A stretch of 64,000 bases of DNA from Lutibacter sp. Its GTDB lineage: Bacteria > Bacteroidota > Bacteroidia > Flavobacteriales > Flavobacteriaceae. The notes under the pieces were generated by a model. It made no database searches. It was given only the letters and a program-made list of their open reading frames with translations, and was not told the DNA's origin. Each line of letters begins with the position of its first letter. Positions within the stretch are counted from its first letter, which is position 1. A program made the translations under genes and the position numbers. Where the stretch lies: the NCBI RefSeq assembly GCF_021647475.1, contig NZ_JAKIUR010000001.1, positions 80,763 through 144,762 of the forward strand. Reading direction: 5' to 3'. Below, piece after piece: positions 63,948 to 64,000 of this stretch.

Positions 63948-64000
63948 TCATGTAACTATCCTTGAAATAAATTTAAATTCATTAGAATTTAACCTAAATT
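63940..64000 (+). CDS. alr: Alanine racemase (5' fragment; runs off the window edge)
   Basis: [20 protein letters not shown] resembles the alanine racemase N-terminus (EI.L..L..N) and overlaps the tdk stop. Only 20 codons are visible. Confidence 0.6.
   Translation, partial: MSNHVTILEINLNSLEFNLN

Overview
AT-rich chromosomal window from a marine-type Flavobacteriaceae (Bacteroidota; Lutibacter/Tenacibaculum-like by gene content, T9SS C-terminal domain and TAnnTTTG promoters; genus is inference). The housekeeping backbone (sucA-sucB, tatD, ogt, glycyl-tRNA ligase, comF, metB-like, tdk, alr) is interleaved with several accessory modules. (1) A 7-gene, 9.6-kb minus-strand operon: soluble PAS hybrid kinase, single-domain response regulator, TM-HEAT protein, processive GT2 synthase, LTA-synthase/sulfatase-TPR, phospholipid-N-methyltransferase-like enzyme and TPR-YaiO beta-barrel. 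It looks like a phosphorelay-controlled secretion system for a decorated exopolysaccharide and is bracketed by an inverted pair of ~170-bp REP-type elements. (2) An ECF sigma/FecR/TonB-receptor module with a thrice-repeated GTAGGGTA-N14-TGTT promoter motif. (3) An ~11.9-kb island integrated in tRNA-Arg(CCT) with a 13-bp att repeat. It carries a tyrosine integrase, Xis-like HTH, HUH Rep-like protein, serine resolvase, mobile mystery proteins A/B with three palindromic operators, and an M4 protease with a C2-like insertion, four CUB domains and a T9SS signal. (4) An exported TPR-CHAT (caspase-like) protease cluster with an ECF sigma and a TM-TPR anti-sigma candidate. (5) An IS1595 element that splits a dinB-family gene with a perfect 8-bp TSD. 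(6) An M.NlaIII-like methyltransferase beside a candidate nuclease. All family calls come from motif recognition by eye; no searches were run.
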